Assembly: GCA_964016885.1 (NCBI GenBank)
Contig: OZ024743.1
Coordinates: forward strand, 104,780,001-104,844,000
DNA: 64,000 nt
Direction: 5' to 3'
DNA from: Eledone cirrhosa
Taxonomy: Eukaryota
Numbering within the stretch: the stretch's first letter is position 1; each line of letters opens with the position of its first letter. Positions 40,044-53,079 of the stretch are shown here, in pieces. A program made the position numbers and the translations under genes. Under the pieces are notes generated by a model. That model saw only the letters and a list, made by a program, of their open reading frames with translations. It was not told the origin of the DNA and searched no databases.

Positions 40044-40282
40044 GTATATATGTATATATATATATATCTTAGATTGATGTCACCACTGATCTATAAACAC
40101 ACACACACACATACACACATATATATATATATAAACAGTAGAAAACGGGGAACAAGGTGAGGAGGGGTGTTTATTTTAGTAACAACGCCCAAGTTCAAAT
40201 TCCGTCGGTGCAGACTTTGTAGTTTATCTTTCAGATGTTGATAAAAATAAGCACTTGTCTATACAAAAGCGTAGCATCGCAC

Positions 40283-40349
<67 letters not shown>

Positions 40350-40486
40350 CTGGCCCTTTACGGCCTGAGTTCAAATCCCGCCCTGGTTAACTTTGCCTTT
40401 ACTCCTTACGGGGTCGATAAAATAAAACACCAGTAATGCACTAGAGTAATTGCTGGCCTTGTGCAAAAAGTAGAAACAATTATTAT
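40350..40486 (+). mobile_element. 5'-truncated tRNA-derived SINE after an (ATT)n tract
   Basis: B-box, central domain and tail present; (ATT)n at about 40283-40349. Confidence 0.85.
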
Positions 40487-40548
40487 CTGGCTATGGGCAG
40501 TGGGTAAAGAACAGTTAGTAGATATGATTAGTGTAGACTTTGTCATGA

Positions 40549-40710
40549 GGCGGCAAATTGGCAGAGTTGTTAGAACGGAAGAGATAGAGTGCTTTATGGT
40601 ATTCGTTCCGGCTGTCTGCTCTCTGAGTTCAAATCCAGCCGAAGTCAACTTTGCCTTTCATCCATTCGAGGCCGATAAAAAAAGTACCAGTCTAGTACTG
40701 AGGTCAATTC
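40549..40710 (+). mobile_element. Diverged SINE subfamily copy
   Basis: ggcggcaaattggcagag...ctgagttcaaatccagccgaagtcaactttgcctttcatcc...gataaaaaaagtaccag. Confidence 0.75.
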
Positions 40711-41074
40711 TTCCTTTATATCTCTTTCTCATTCCCTCTCTCTAACTTTCTATCGTAAAATGTCCAAGAACCGCCGTATGTCAATACGGTGTTTCTACGA
40801 CCCTATCAGGAGCTACGAGACCATACCTATATACATACAATACATTTTGTCTACACAAGTTACATTTGCTTACGATAAAAGAGAAAGTTACACACACTGA
40901 CAACATTTTACACCCTTAAGTAGAGAAATGTTGATGATAGGTTTATGAAATATTATTAATCAAAAGAAATTTATACAGAAATATTATTAAACTCACTTAT
41001 AAACTGATAAAACTTAAACATAGTCATTTTATTATTACATAGCTAAAAGAAAAGTGTATCTCACCAATATACAT

Positions 41075-41203
<129 letters not shown>

Positions 41204-41317
41204 ACATCACACACGCACAGACATATATGTATTCATTTTATTAAGGCTAAATAGTGAGTCTTGTTACTTTGGAGTTTCGCCTGTTTATTACAGGGTTATC
41301 ATACAAGAACCAAACAC

Positions 41318-41402
<85 letters not shown>

Positions 41403-41444
41403 CATATATGTTAGTGTCTCTGTGTGTGTATGTATATATGCATA

Positions 41445-41476
<32 letters not shown>

Positions 41477-41889
41477 CACATACATATATATATTTGTGTG
41501 TGTGTGAATGGGTGTATTTACATATACCTACAAACACACATACCGCACATACTCTCACAGACACTCACACACCACACCCACACACATATAAATATATGAG
41601 TGTGTGAATGGAGGCGAACATAAAATTTCCCAACAGCCTGTAGAGATAAAGCTGACGTTGCGGATTGTTTGATGAAATGATGAGCTTAGATGATATTAAT
41701 GATGCTAAGCTAATCGATACAATATTCCAAACATTTGATCTCTACTAAACAACATATTAAGGAGGAAAAGAGTGGCGTGTCACACTAAAGATGATCATTA
41801 AATACACATCGAAGCAATATTTGAAATCATGCCAACGATCAGATACGAACTGAAAATCTATAAACCAAAATTTTCCATATCTTACTTAC

Positions 41890-42111
41890 GAAGATTTGAA
41901 GTGAAATCTTACTATTGAACGGATGAATTTGGCCCACTTTATGTAAAAGCACATAACTCCTGGTGGAGTTGTAGAAATGCTGTTATGACATACGGCGTGT
42001 CTTGGACGTGTTAAACCTGATGGAACCCATCCACTTTCCAAGTCTGAACACAGTCGATATCTCGTCTTTAGTTTAGGTACTGCTACATTGTCTAATGTGC
42101 TATTCCTTTTT
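41890..42111 (-). other. Candidate coding exon of an unidentified host gene
   Basis: Acceptor ctctactctcattag, donor gtaagt, one frame open throughout (KRNSTLDNVAVPKLKTRYRLCSDLESGWVPSGLTRPRHAVCHNSISTTPPG...); non-repetitive sequence. No homology recognised. Confidence 0.35.
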
Positions 42112-42159
42112 CTAATGAGAGTAGAGTTTGATTAAATGGAGAATTTCTAAAGATAATAT

Positions 42160-42335
42160 TGATTTCTAATTTGTGTTCAAGGCCAGAAAATTTGAGGGAA
42201 GGGCAAAGTTGATTAAATCAATTCCAGTACTCGATTTGAACTTTATTTTGTCGACCCCGGAAGGAATTGAATTCAGAATGTAAACAAATACCACAATGGA
42301 AATTTTTCCGACGTTCGACCATTTCTGACAATCCA
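42160..42335 (-). mobile_element. Old diverged SINE
   Basis: tttctaatttgtgttcaaggccag...ctttattttgtcgaccccggaagg...tgaattcagaa. Confidence 0.6.
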
Positions 42336-42796
42336 CTCTTTTTTCTTTTGTAAATAATATTTCTACTATATCGAGCGACCAGGTATATGTTTCTTTATTA
42401 GCTTCTCGTGGCTTGTAGGTTTTAAAGACCCGTACACTGTTTCCAGTTTTAAATAACAGAGATGTTTCTTGACGTTAAGTAGGTGAAACATATATCTCCC
42501 CCACTCCCATAATAGGAATCAATCTGTCACAGTTAACTTTCTCAGACGATCTGATATCTAACCTAGACTCTTAGGTGAACTGAGGCAATATAGAATTATA
42601 TTGTTCCTTTTTACCATATTGGGAGCTGCTAATTAGTTGCCCAGTTTGCTTGAAATATCGACTGTATCTCCCTTAAATCATATTCTGCGTGGATGGTCAT
42701 TGCTAGAATACGATTTTGTTCATTTGTCTAGGATAAACAAAAACAACAACAATAGCAATAGCAGCATCGAAATATCTTCAGAAGGCTGGAACTCAC

Positions 42797-42924
42797 CTTC
42801 CAGGGACAAATAATACAATACATTAAACCACACGGTCACGTTTATCTCATCCGTTAGCCAAATATATAGACTTCAAATACGAATAATGATAATTAGGATT
42901 AAATCACTATGCTAATGAGAATAC
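42797..42924 (-). other. Candidate (probably non-coding) exon
   Basis: Strong acceptor ttgtttgtttccttttccag and donor aag|gtgagt, 128 nt apart; stops in all three frames. Confidence 0.25.
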
Positions 42925-43049
42925 CTGGAAAAGGAAACAAACAAGTGCTACTTCAAGTCACATGAGAATCTGTCACGGGCTCTCAGAATTTAACTTTCAA
43001 ATTTTAAACATTATGTAATTTTTATGCAACACGTGATGTCATTAATAAA

Positions 43050-43230
43050 GTAGAATTGTCAGTGTCGGAAGAAATTCTTTGAAGTATTTCTTCCATTTTT
43101 TCCCATTCTTAGTTCAAATCCTACCGAAGTCAATTTTGCCTTTCATAAAAGATCAGCCAAGTACTGGGGTTCATTTGATCAACTTAACTCATCCCCTAAA
43201 TTGCTTGCCTTGGGTCTAAATTAAAAATTA
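43050..43230 (+). mobile_element. Old diverged SINE
   Basis: agttcaaatcctaccgaagtcaattttgcctttcat...aaattgcttgccttgggtc. Confidence 0.6.
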
Positions 43231-43772
43231 TTCATCTGGGTTTTCATCGGAAATACGATTGCCGGATTTTCACGCTAATACATAATAGATTAAAGTTTGA
43301 GTTATCTGTTCAAATATAGAATTCATTTCGTTAATTTCCATCTAATGATTATCAGTTTCTGAACGCATTTAATTCGGTACTTCAATTTTTCTGGCAACAG
43401 TTTTGATACCCATTCGCCTTAGACAACCACAAATACAAAAGCTCCCTTTTTAAAGCACTCATATTCAAATTAAAACCTTCCATTATAATTTTATGCTAGA
43501 ACATTTTGTTAAATTACGTTTCAAAGACCACTTTAATAATGAAAATGTTAGTGATTTTATTTCACTAAAACCTTCCTAATTTTTAATTAGCTTCAAAATC
43601 AATAGAAAAAAGAAGCAGGTATTTTATAGCAATAAAAATTATGGTCATAAAAGGGTTAATGGCAAACATAACAAATATTTCATAGTCGAATAAACTGAAC
43701 GCAATACTTCCCCATACAAAGCCTGGTCTTGTGTCTTTATCAATGAAATATCTTTGTTAGATATTATATTAC

Positions 43773-43958
43773 TGTGAATTGGTAGTATCGGTAGAGGGTC
43801 AGACATGCTTTCCAGCATAGTTATGTCCCTTTATTATCTGAGTTCAAATCCCGCCGAGGTTAACTTTGCCTTTCATCCTTACGAGGTCGATAAAATAAAG
43901 TACCAGTAATGTACTGGGTAATTGCTGACCTTGTGCCAAAAGTAGAAACAATTATATT
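43773..43958 (+). mobile_element. tRNA-derived SINE
   Basis: Matches the 8641 consensus. Confidence 0.88.
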
Positions 43959-44378
43959 ACTTGATAATACCTTAGCCATGTTATAGTGAAGTGACATACT
44001 CATGGGCACAGCAGACCTCATCACGCGAGTTCCTGTCTTTTGGATTAGTACATCCCTACCAATTCTATCAACTGTAACACTCTTAGAAAAATGAACTAGA
44101 GAGCCACCACGTGTGCACACGACGTCCTAGAAACAACAATGCCTGGAAACAAAAACAAAAACAAAAACAAACAAGATGATATTGCCACGACTGCAACATA
44201 TTTGGTAACAGACCCCCGGCATTAGAATTATCCTGCAGCAAATAGCACTACAGGCAAGCACTAGCACCAGCACCACCAGCACCACCACGAGGGCCACCAC
44301 CACAAACACCACCACCATCGGGTCGTTTGTTTAGAAACGAATCGAATATTATTATTAATGTTCGATATAATCCATACG

Positions 44379-44415
<37 letters not shown>

Positions 44416-44418
<3 letters not shown>

Positions 44419-45479
44419 GAAAAATTGAACAGGGACAGAACAGAGAGGCAGTACAATAAATGTTTATTAAATTCACGCTCAGGAGAGTGGGGGGTAGGTG
44501 GGGGACGACGTTTCGGGCATAAGCCCTTCTTCAGGTGAGAAGTGTGTGGGAACAGAGTTCAAAAGGTGTGTAGGGGAGTGGTGGAGAGACATATAGCGAA
44601 AGGAAACGGTGCGAATGAAAAATTAACAAATAAAGACAAAAAATATAATAAATAAAAATAAAGCATGATCAAAATACAAGGAATGAGAAAATTTAAAAAT
44701 AAAGGCATGATCAAAATAAACTGAAATTAAAAGGGGGGTAAACAGGTGGTGGAGGGGTGTGGGGTGAGTAGGGGTGGTGGCGGGTGGAGTGGGGAGAGGG
44801 AGACGGGGTGTCCGAGCGGGGAGGGCTGAAGGTGGTGTGTGTGGTTAGGTGTGCGTGTGTGTGTGTGTGTGTATGTGAAAGTGAGGGTTGGGGGAAGAAC
44901 GGGGTTGCATGTTCAGGAAGGTGTGTGTGGGGGGTGTTTTTGTGGGTCGGAGTGTCGGTGCGTGTGTGGATAGGGGGGTGGGGGGAGAGGAATCAGTAGG
45001 CTGAGGGTGTAAATATGTGGTGGGAAGCACGTGTGTGTGGTTTAAGCGTGTTGTGGGTGTGGGTGGCGTGTCGAGAAAAACATTTTTTTGGGGTGTGTGG
45101 GTGGGTGAGGTATATAGGTGATGGCGTAAGAGGATGGTTGAAAAGTTTGTAAGTTCCACGGATGTTTGGAGATGTAGTTAGAAGTCAATTTCGCGTGTGG
45201 GTAATCCAAGAAGCGGTGGTCGGAAGAGGAGAGATGTGGGGTGCGCGCGCAACAGGAAGTGGTCAGCAGTGGGAGTGCTGTGGACAGTTGGTGCTGAGAG
45301 GTGGTCGGAAGGGCATAGCAGCAGTCGGTGGAATGGTAGGGAGGCGAGGATGGGTAGGTGTGAGAGTAGGAGTGAGGAGGGTGTGTGTGTATGGCTGTGT
45401 GTGTGTATTAGTAGGGGTGTTAGTGGGATGAGTGAGTGTGGAGCGGGGAGAGAAGGGTGTGTGTGGTTCTATGGAGGGA

Positions 45480-45480
<1 letters not shown>
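44416..45480 (-). mobile_element. Longer copy of the hammerhead-bearing PLE pseudo-LTR/non-autonomous element
   Basis: Homologous to 39281-39560 and extends into G/T-rich sequence; bounded by (TA)n. Confidence 0.7.
44505..44537 (-). ncRNA. Minimal type I hammerhead ribozyme (PLE-type)
   Basis: Minus strand: cac-CTGAAGA-a-GGGC-ttat-GCCC-GAAACGTC-gt; differs from the 39370 core only at the freely variable N7 position. Confidence 0.78.
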
Positions 45481-45570
<90 letters not shown>

Positions 45571-45571
<1 letters not shown>

Positions 45572-45977
45572 TCTTTTACTCTTTTACCTGTACCACCCTC
45601 TGGATGAGGCTATGCTGGGGCATCACCCTTGTTGCTACACATTTTATCCCCAGCCTGAATTGGTTCGCCACTGGTGCAAGAGGGAGTTCGTTGCTGCTGC
45701 CCTTAGGTTTCCCTCGTGCCTTGCTGTGGGCTCATCTAGGATCCTGGATAGCAAGGTGTCGAGATGTTTCTTGAAAACATCCACATCAACACCATGCAGA
45801 TCTCTCAGATCCCTCGGCAGCTTGTTGAAGAGTTGAGGGCCCTTGAACCCCAGGCTATTTCAACATCTGCTCCTTATTCTAGATATGGAAGACGGGACCT
45901 TTGGCACCACACAGTGACGTCCTGTTCGACGGTTGGTCCAGCTGCCAATGCCAAAGTTTGGTGCTAGTCCCTTCACA

Positions 45978-45978
<1 letters not shown>
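45571..45978 (-). mobile_element. CR1-group LINE 3' fragment
   Basis: The minus strand encodes [43 protein letters not shown]; (GTAAAAGA)n tail. Confidence 0.72.
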
Positions 45979-46017
<39 letters not shown>

Positions 46018-46066
46018 GTATACATAAATTTAACCATGCATACGTACACACACACATATATATATA

Positions 46067-46172
<106 letters not shown>

Positions 46173-46254
46173 TATATATATATATATATATGTGTGTACG
46201 TATGCATGCTTAAATTTATGTAAGCATGCATATACTGAAATGTCGGTAATTAAC

Positions 46255-46296
<42 letters not shown>

Positions 46297-46312
46297 TTAT
46301 TATATCTGTCTA

Positions 46313-46354
<42 letters not shown>

Positions 46355-47154
46355 AGTTAAAACAATGAAATAAAAAATCAAGTCATTAGAGATATACTTC
46401 ACTGCTTTACGATCGTTTCTAGGTGATGATAATACATTGTAGCTATACTCCGTTATTGATCTATGTAAGGTTAGTTACAAAATATCAGAAAAAGAGAATA
46501 TTTACTTACATGCATATCACCAGCTGTTTTCAAAAGCAATAATAATTTTATTCAGAATTAGTAGTATGTTAGTATCATGTCCTGAATTTGGAGGTAGTTG
46601 AAGAACTAACCAATCAAATTGTTTTTTTCATATGGTGTTAAGATGAAAAATAATACACTTTAGTTGAGGTCATGACCCTTTTAAAGGAATGGTTGTATGG
46701 TGTTAATAGTAGAATTGGCATAAAAATCTATTATGAGGAAAGGGATTGTCAAACTGATAGTTGAATGTATCTAGTATAGTGAAGTTTAAAAGGAATGTCA
46801 AAATAAATGGTGATTAGTGTTGCATTGAGTTTTTAGGTGAATATAAATTAAGTTTATGGCTAGGAAAGATAGTATATTAAAAGATGAAAATTATAATAAG
46901 ATAATGAAATACAGTAATGCGATAATATACAACATAACCAACACAATATAGTACGGTGTGCTAAATTGCACTTAGCATAATACAGCATATGATACGCTCT
47001 AAAATACTATCAAGTATGTTTATGTATAAATAATCAAACTCAGATAAATACATGTTGGCATAGTTAAAACACATACATTTCATAGATTACAAAGTGCATA
47101 TATCCACACTATATATAGAGAGGTACAGTTATATTGATATCCAACCAAAAATAT

Positions 47155-48171
47155 CAGACTCAGACTTAGAAGCTCCCGCGTCTTGCGACGCATGAGGCAA
47201 TCATAATGTTCCACCGCGTTCGGTCAGCAGGCAGTTGCACAGCGTCCCGCCATTGTCTGTTTGTCGCTCGCAGGTCCCTCTCAACTGTCTGGCGCCAGTT
47301 CATTTTGGGTCGCCCTCTCCGTCTGCTTCCCTGTGGGCTCCATTTAAGTACTTGGTTCGCCAGTCTCTCCGGGGGAAGTCGCAAAGCGTGCCCAAACGAG
47401 CCCAGGCGTCGCTTGCAGATGGCAGAAGAGACTAGCTGCTGGTTGGTGCGGTTCCTGACTTCCTGGTTTGTTACATGGTCACTCCATTTAATCCCCAGGA
47501 TCTTTCGCAGACACCTGGAATCGAATGCGTCCAACTTCTTCTGTTGGCTGGTCTTAAGGTGCCATGTTTCACTTCCGTACAAGAGTATGGACAGCACGTT
47601 GCTGTTATAGAATCTCATCTTTGTTTTGAGGGTGAACTTCCTGCTCTTCCATATCTTGACAAGCTGGTTAAATGCTGCTGAAGCCTTTCCCATTCTACAT
47701 TGTAATTCACTGTCCATGGCGCCCCCATTATCAATGGAGCTTCCTAGGTAGGTGAAGTTGTCAACTATCTCTACCTCCCCCTGTTCAATGAAAACACCAG
47801 TTGGTGATGGGTGTGTCCCAGATAACATGCTTTTGGTTTTCTTAGCACTGATATTGAGACCTAAGCTTCCTGCTTCGACATTGATATTGTTCATAATGAT
47901 TTGCAGGTCAGCTGTGCTCTCTGCAAGTGCAACAATATCGTCCGCAAAGTCCAGGTCAGACAACTTTTGCTCTCCCACCCAAGATATACCTTGGTCTTTA
48001 GACGCTCTTCTTAGTACCCAGTGAATGGCTATGGCAAAGAGAATTGGAGAGAGCGAGAAACCCTGACGCACACCAGTAACCACCTCAAACCAGTCACTGT
48101 AACCATCCTCTGTCCGTATGCAGCAGTTGGAGTTTGCATAAATCTGTTTGATTGCCGAAATGACTTTCTGT
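47155..48171 (-). mobile_element. 5'-truncated RTE-clade LINE with 12-bp TSD, nested in the PLE arm
   Basis: GVRQGFSLSP, LDFADD, FTYLGS, LLYGSETW, WSPQGSRRRGRP in one open frame; (AGTCTG) tandem tail; AACCAAAAATAT at 47143-47154 and 48172-48183. Confidence 0.93.
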
Positions 48172-48315
48172 AACCAAAAATATACATACGCACAAATAGA
48201 TGCAAACCTAAATACACATTTACACATGTGCGCATAATCATATACACACATATCCATACATATCTATATCTACACATACACACCAATACCCACATATATA
48301 CATATATATATGTGC

Positions 48316-48346
<31 letters not shown>

Positions 48347-48574
48347 CACATATATATATGTGTGTATGTACACTCCCCATACATGTACACACACTCATAT
48401 ATAAACACTCATACACATATACTCACATATACAATACTCATACACATACTCACTCATACACATATACTCACTCATACACACACACAAACACACATATATA
48501 TATATACACACATACACACACACATACATATACATATATATATATATATACATATATACACATACATTCTCCTC

Positions 48575-50210
48575 TATAATATTTATGACTCTTTACCCCA
48601 CCTCAAAGGTGGTCTTTATCGGGTTGATTGTCTATTGTTATCTAACAATCTTAGCAATTCCAATATAGTGAAAAACAAAAAACAAATTAGAAAATTCCTC
48701 AAGGACTATTACAGCCTTAGCATCCCTTTTGAAAACACTTCAAAAGTAGCTAATTTCCTTGACGTTACCTTAGACCTCTCTACGAATACTTATCAACCTT
48801 ACCACAAACCCAACCAGAATCTACATTATGTACATTCACGATCTAACCACCCTGGCTCTATACTCAAGAACTTAGTATATAACATATCTCTTAGACTTTC
48901 TAAATTATCTTCCTATGAAGATATATTTTATAATAATGCACCCTTCTACAACTAGAAGTGGATATAAAGAAAAAATCTCATATATCCCCAACACTACTAT
49001 GGACCAAAATATAAAACCTAGCAAAAACTACAAACACCAAAAAATACCATTGAAACAAATACCTAAAGTGGTTATTCCTATTACACCAAACAACCGAAAA
49101 ACCACAACAACTATTACTACACGATCTATGACCAATGTTATCAACCAACATATGAATATCAAGCACTCAAAATCTCATAATCTACCCAATAATAACACCA
49201 AATACAACCACGGTAATTTACCAAATTCCACAAATAAGGATACTAATCATAGGAATTCTTCTAGAACACAACACAATAATATAAGTGGTAATAAGAACTT
49301 AACTAAAAACCGCAAAAGAAACATAACATGGTACAACGCACCCTTCAACCTGCAAACTATTGGACAAATCCCCCAAAAATTCTTTGAAATTTTACATAAA
49401 CATTTTCCACCAAACCACAGATACCACCAAATATTTAACAAATATACTGTTAAATTCTCATACTCTACATCAAGCAATCTCCAGCAAAAATAAGCAACTA
49501 CAACATTTATAAACTTAAAAATAATATGACTACACCACCACAACATAATTTAAATAGGACTGCACCTTTTAAAAAGGCAAATAATACAATCCTTCAACCT
49601 AGAAAACACAACCACCCAAATCACCAACACAAAAAAAAACAGAACACAAAATTACCATACAACCCTAGCACCAAACCACTCACAAAGCAACCTTCATTCT
49701 CCTGCTATCATTAATTACAATAGGAATAGCTCAAGGATTAATGAGAATAGTATAGGCAACCCCAACAACCATCTTACGTATGGCTGTAATTGCATAAATA
49801 GAAGCATTTGCCCCTTAAATGGCAACTATTTGATTAATAATGTAATATATAAATGCGCTGTGTCTTCTACAGACTCCAACAAAACATATATAGGATCTAC
49901 ATCAAACACATTTAAAAAAAGATTTTACGCACACTCTAGTAGTTTCAACAATACTAAACTAGCTAACACCACATCTTTAGCTGAAGCGGTAAATAATTAT
50001 AAAAAGGAAAAAGTAGATTTCAAGTTATCGTGGAACACCATTCGACAAAGAACTCCATATCTTGGGAACAGGAGGGAATGCGGATTATGTTCAGGGGAGA
50101 TCTTGGAAAGTACTAAATCTAAGGACGATTTATTAAATAAAAGGCAGGAACTGATCATAATTTGTAATCACCGTATACGAAGAACATTTAAATACTATAA
50201 ACCTAATTAA
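48575..50210 (+). pseudogene. PLE polyprotein remnant: RT C-terminus, linker and GIY-YIG endonuclease (frameshifted)
   Basis: GGLYRVD, ANFLDVTLDL, YQPYHKP, YVHSRSNHP, RKRNITWYNAPF, IFNKYTVKFSYS, GCNCINRSICPLNG, VIYKC...TYIGST, FKKRFYAH, CGLCSGE, LLNKRQE...CNH. Confidence 0.88.
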
Positions 50211-50601
50211 ATATTCTAAATAGCAACTCACTATAATTCTATATAGAGTACCCCTTTCCCCTGATTATATGGATTCATGCTTATTTTTTACCTTTTAATG
50301 TTTTAGCTTCCTTAGGTTTATGCGTTAATGACTAAAGGCAACAAGATACACAACCTCCCGTAATTGCATGAGTAAATATATATCTATGTATGATATGGAA
50401 ATATATTTATGTGTGTGTATATATATATTTATGTATGTGTATATATGTATATGTATGTGTGTGTGTGTGTGTATGTGTGTATATATATGTGTGTTTGTGT
50501 GTGGTGTGTATATGTGAGTATATGTGTATGAGTGTTTATATATGAGTGTGTGTACATGTATGGGGAGTGTACATACACACATATATATATGTGTGTGTAT
50601 A

Positions 50602-50688
<87 letters not shown>

Positions 50689-51758
50689 GTATATATATGT
50701 ATATATATATATGTATATATGTGGGTATAGGTGTGTATGTGTAGATATAAATATGTATGGATATGTGTGTATATGATTATGTGCACATGTGTAAATGTGT
50801 ATTTAGGTTTGCATCTATTTGTGCGTATGTATATTTTTGGTTGGATATCAATATAACTGTACCTCTCTATATATAGTGTGGATATATGCAGTTTGTAATC
50901 TATGAAATGTATGTGTTTTAACTATGCCAACATGTATTTATCTGAGTTTGATTATTTATACATAAACATACTTGATTGTATTTTAGAGCGTATCATATGC
51001 TGTATTATGCTAAGTGCAATTTACCACACCGTACTATATTGTGTTGGTTATGTTGTATATTATCGCATTACTGTATTTCATTATCTTATTATAATTTTCA
51101 TCTTTTAATATACTATCTTTCCTAGCCATAAACTTAATTTATATTCACCTAAAAACTCAATACAACACTAATCACCATTTATTTTGACATTCCTTTTAAA
51201 CTTCACTATACCAGATACATTCAACTATCAGTTTGACAATCCCTTTCCTCCTAATATATGTTTATGCCAATTCTACTATTAACACCATACAACCATTCCT
51301 TTAAAAGGGTCATGACCTCAACTAAAGTGTATTATTTTTCATCCTAACACCATATGAAAAAAACAATTTGATTGGTTAGTTCTTCAACTACCTCCAAATA
51401 AGCACATTATACTAACATACTACTAATTCTGAATAAAATTATTATTGCTTTGAAAACAGCTGGTGATATGCATGTAAGTAAATATTCTCTTTTTCTGATA
51501 TTTTGTAACTAACTTTACATAGATCAATAACTGAGTATAGATACAATGTATTATCATCACCTAGAAACGATTGTAAAGCAGTGAAGTATATCTCTAATGA
51601 CTTAATTTTTTATTTCATTGTTTTAACTTATATCATGACTCTGTTTCCCTTTTAATGTTTTATTGTTTTCCTGGATTTATCTTAACCTACAACATTTTCA
51701 ACATATATATTACATCGACTTCTTCATGCAGAATAGACCCCACAACTTACAGTGGATA

Positions 51759-51797
<39 letters not shown>

Positions 51798-51970
51798 AAT
51801 TGGATATATGAGAGGGATGAACACATATATAAGTATACATGTGTTCCAATTTCAAATGACCAAGTTAGCTAGGTTGAAAAATACTAATTTAAAACAATAT
51901 GGCTTGCATCACTCGATTTAATATAATAAATCAATAAAAATAACAAACCTATATCGGGAAAATAGCCTAT

Positions 51971-52049
51971 GATACCTGGACAGAAATAAATCTGTTTCGC
52001 AAGAATTATTAAGTGAAAGCTAGAATTCCTGTGTTCTTCTGCGGGTATC
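51971..52049 (-). ncRNA. Type I hammerhead fold, core variant CAGAAGA
   Basis: gatacccg-CAGAAGA-acacaggaatt...aattcttgc-GAAA-CAGA-tttatt-TCTG-TC-caggtatc. Confidence 0.65.
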
Positions 52050-52474
52050 CAGGAAATTCGTACCTTTCACTTAAAAGGATCTAAGAAGACTGAACGATGC
52101 GCGGGTATAAACGCACATGTTACAGGGCCTAACGCGTGCCATACTCATGCCGCTAAAAATAGCAGCTGGGTTTATGAGACTAAAGTTAGCTCTACATACA
52201 TACGGAGCCGAGAATATCATAGATTGAGTTAAAAACTCAAAATAGTCTTTTACAATTAAATAGCTCAAAGAAGGGAATCTTTTCGAGCAGTGTAATATAA
52301 TTGGATATATGAGAGGGATGAACACATATATAAGTATATATGTTTTCCAATTGCAAATGACCAAGTTAGCTAGGTTGTAAAATACTAATTTGAAACAATA
52401 TGGTTTGCCTGACTCGATTTAACATAATAAATCAATAAAAATAACAAACCTATATCGGGCAAATAGCCTATGAT

Positions 52475-52547
52475 ACCCGGACAGGCATAAATCTGTTTCG
52501 CAAGAATTATTAAGTGAAAGCTAGAATTCCTGTGCTCTTCTGCGGGT
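52475..52547 (-). ncRNA. Type I hammerhead fold, core variant CAGAAGA
   Basis: acccg-CAGAAGA-GCAcaGGAATT...AATTCTTGC-GAAA-CAG-atttatgc-CTG-TC-cgggt: all three stems pair, GUC cleavage triplet. Confidence 0.72.
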
Positions 52548-52766
52548 TAGTATTTTTCAACCTAGCTAACTTGGTCATTTGCAATTGGAACACATGTATA
52601 CTTATATCTGTGATCACCCCTCTCATATATCCAATTATATTACACGGCTCGGAAAGATTCCCTTCTTTGAGCTATTTAATTGTAAAAGACTATTTTACTA
52701 ATCTATGATATATATATATATATGTATATATATATACATACACACATACATACATACATACATACA

Positions 52767-52854
<88 letters not shown>

Positions 52855-53021
52855 CATATATATATATATGTATATATATATACATATATATATTTACAAA
52901 TATACATGTATATGTATATGTGTATATATATATATATATAAAAATGAGTATGTGTTAATTACCGACATTTCAGTATGCATCCTTATATAAATGTAATCAT
53001 GAATACGTACACCCCCCACCC

Positions 53022-53076
<55 letters not shown>

Positions 53077-53079
<3 letters not shown>

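Larger units (their letters stand above)
46352..51760 (+). mobile_element. 5'-truncated Penelope-like element with a long inverted copy of its 3' region at the 5' end
   Basis: 46352-47154 plus 48172-about 48570 is the reverse complement of about 50400-51633; RT-thumb and GIY-YIG coding remnants lie between the arms. Confidence 0.88.
51795..52697 (-). mobile_element. Retrozyme-like element: 501-bp tandem unit (about 1.5 copies) plus terminal inversion, in (TA)n
   Basis: 51795 recurs at 52296; 52547-52697 is an inverted copy of about 52240-52390; a hammerhead fold lies in each repeat. Confidence 0.8.

Noticed and set aside
43396-43659. piggyBac-like MITE ending AAAGGGTTAA
   Set aside because: Only the right terminus is recognisable; the left TTAACCC end is too degenerate to support a call.
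48172-48257. N-terminus (MDMCVYDY...) of the 363-aa RT ORF
   Set aside because: Lies outside the TSD; fortuitous read-in from flanking PLE sequence into a 5'-truncated RTE.
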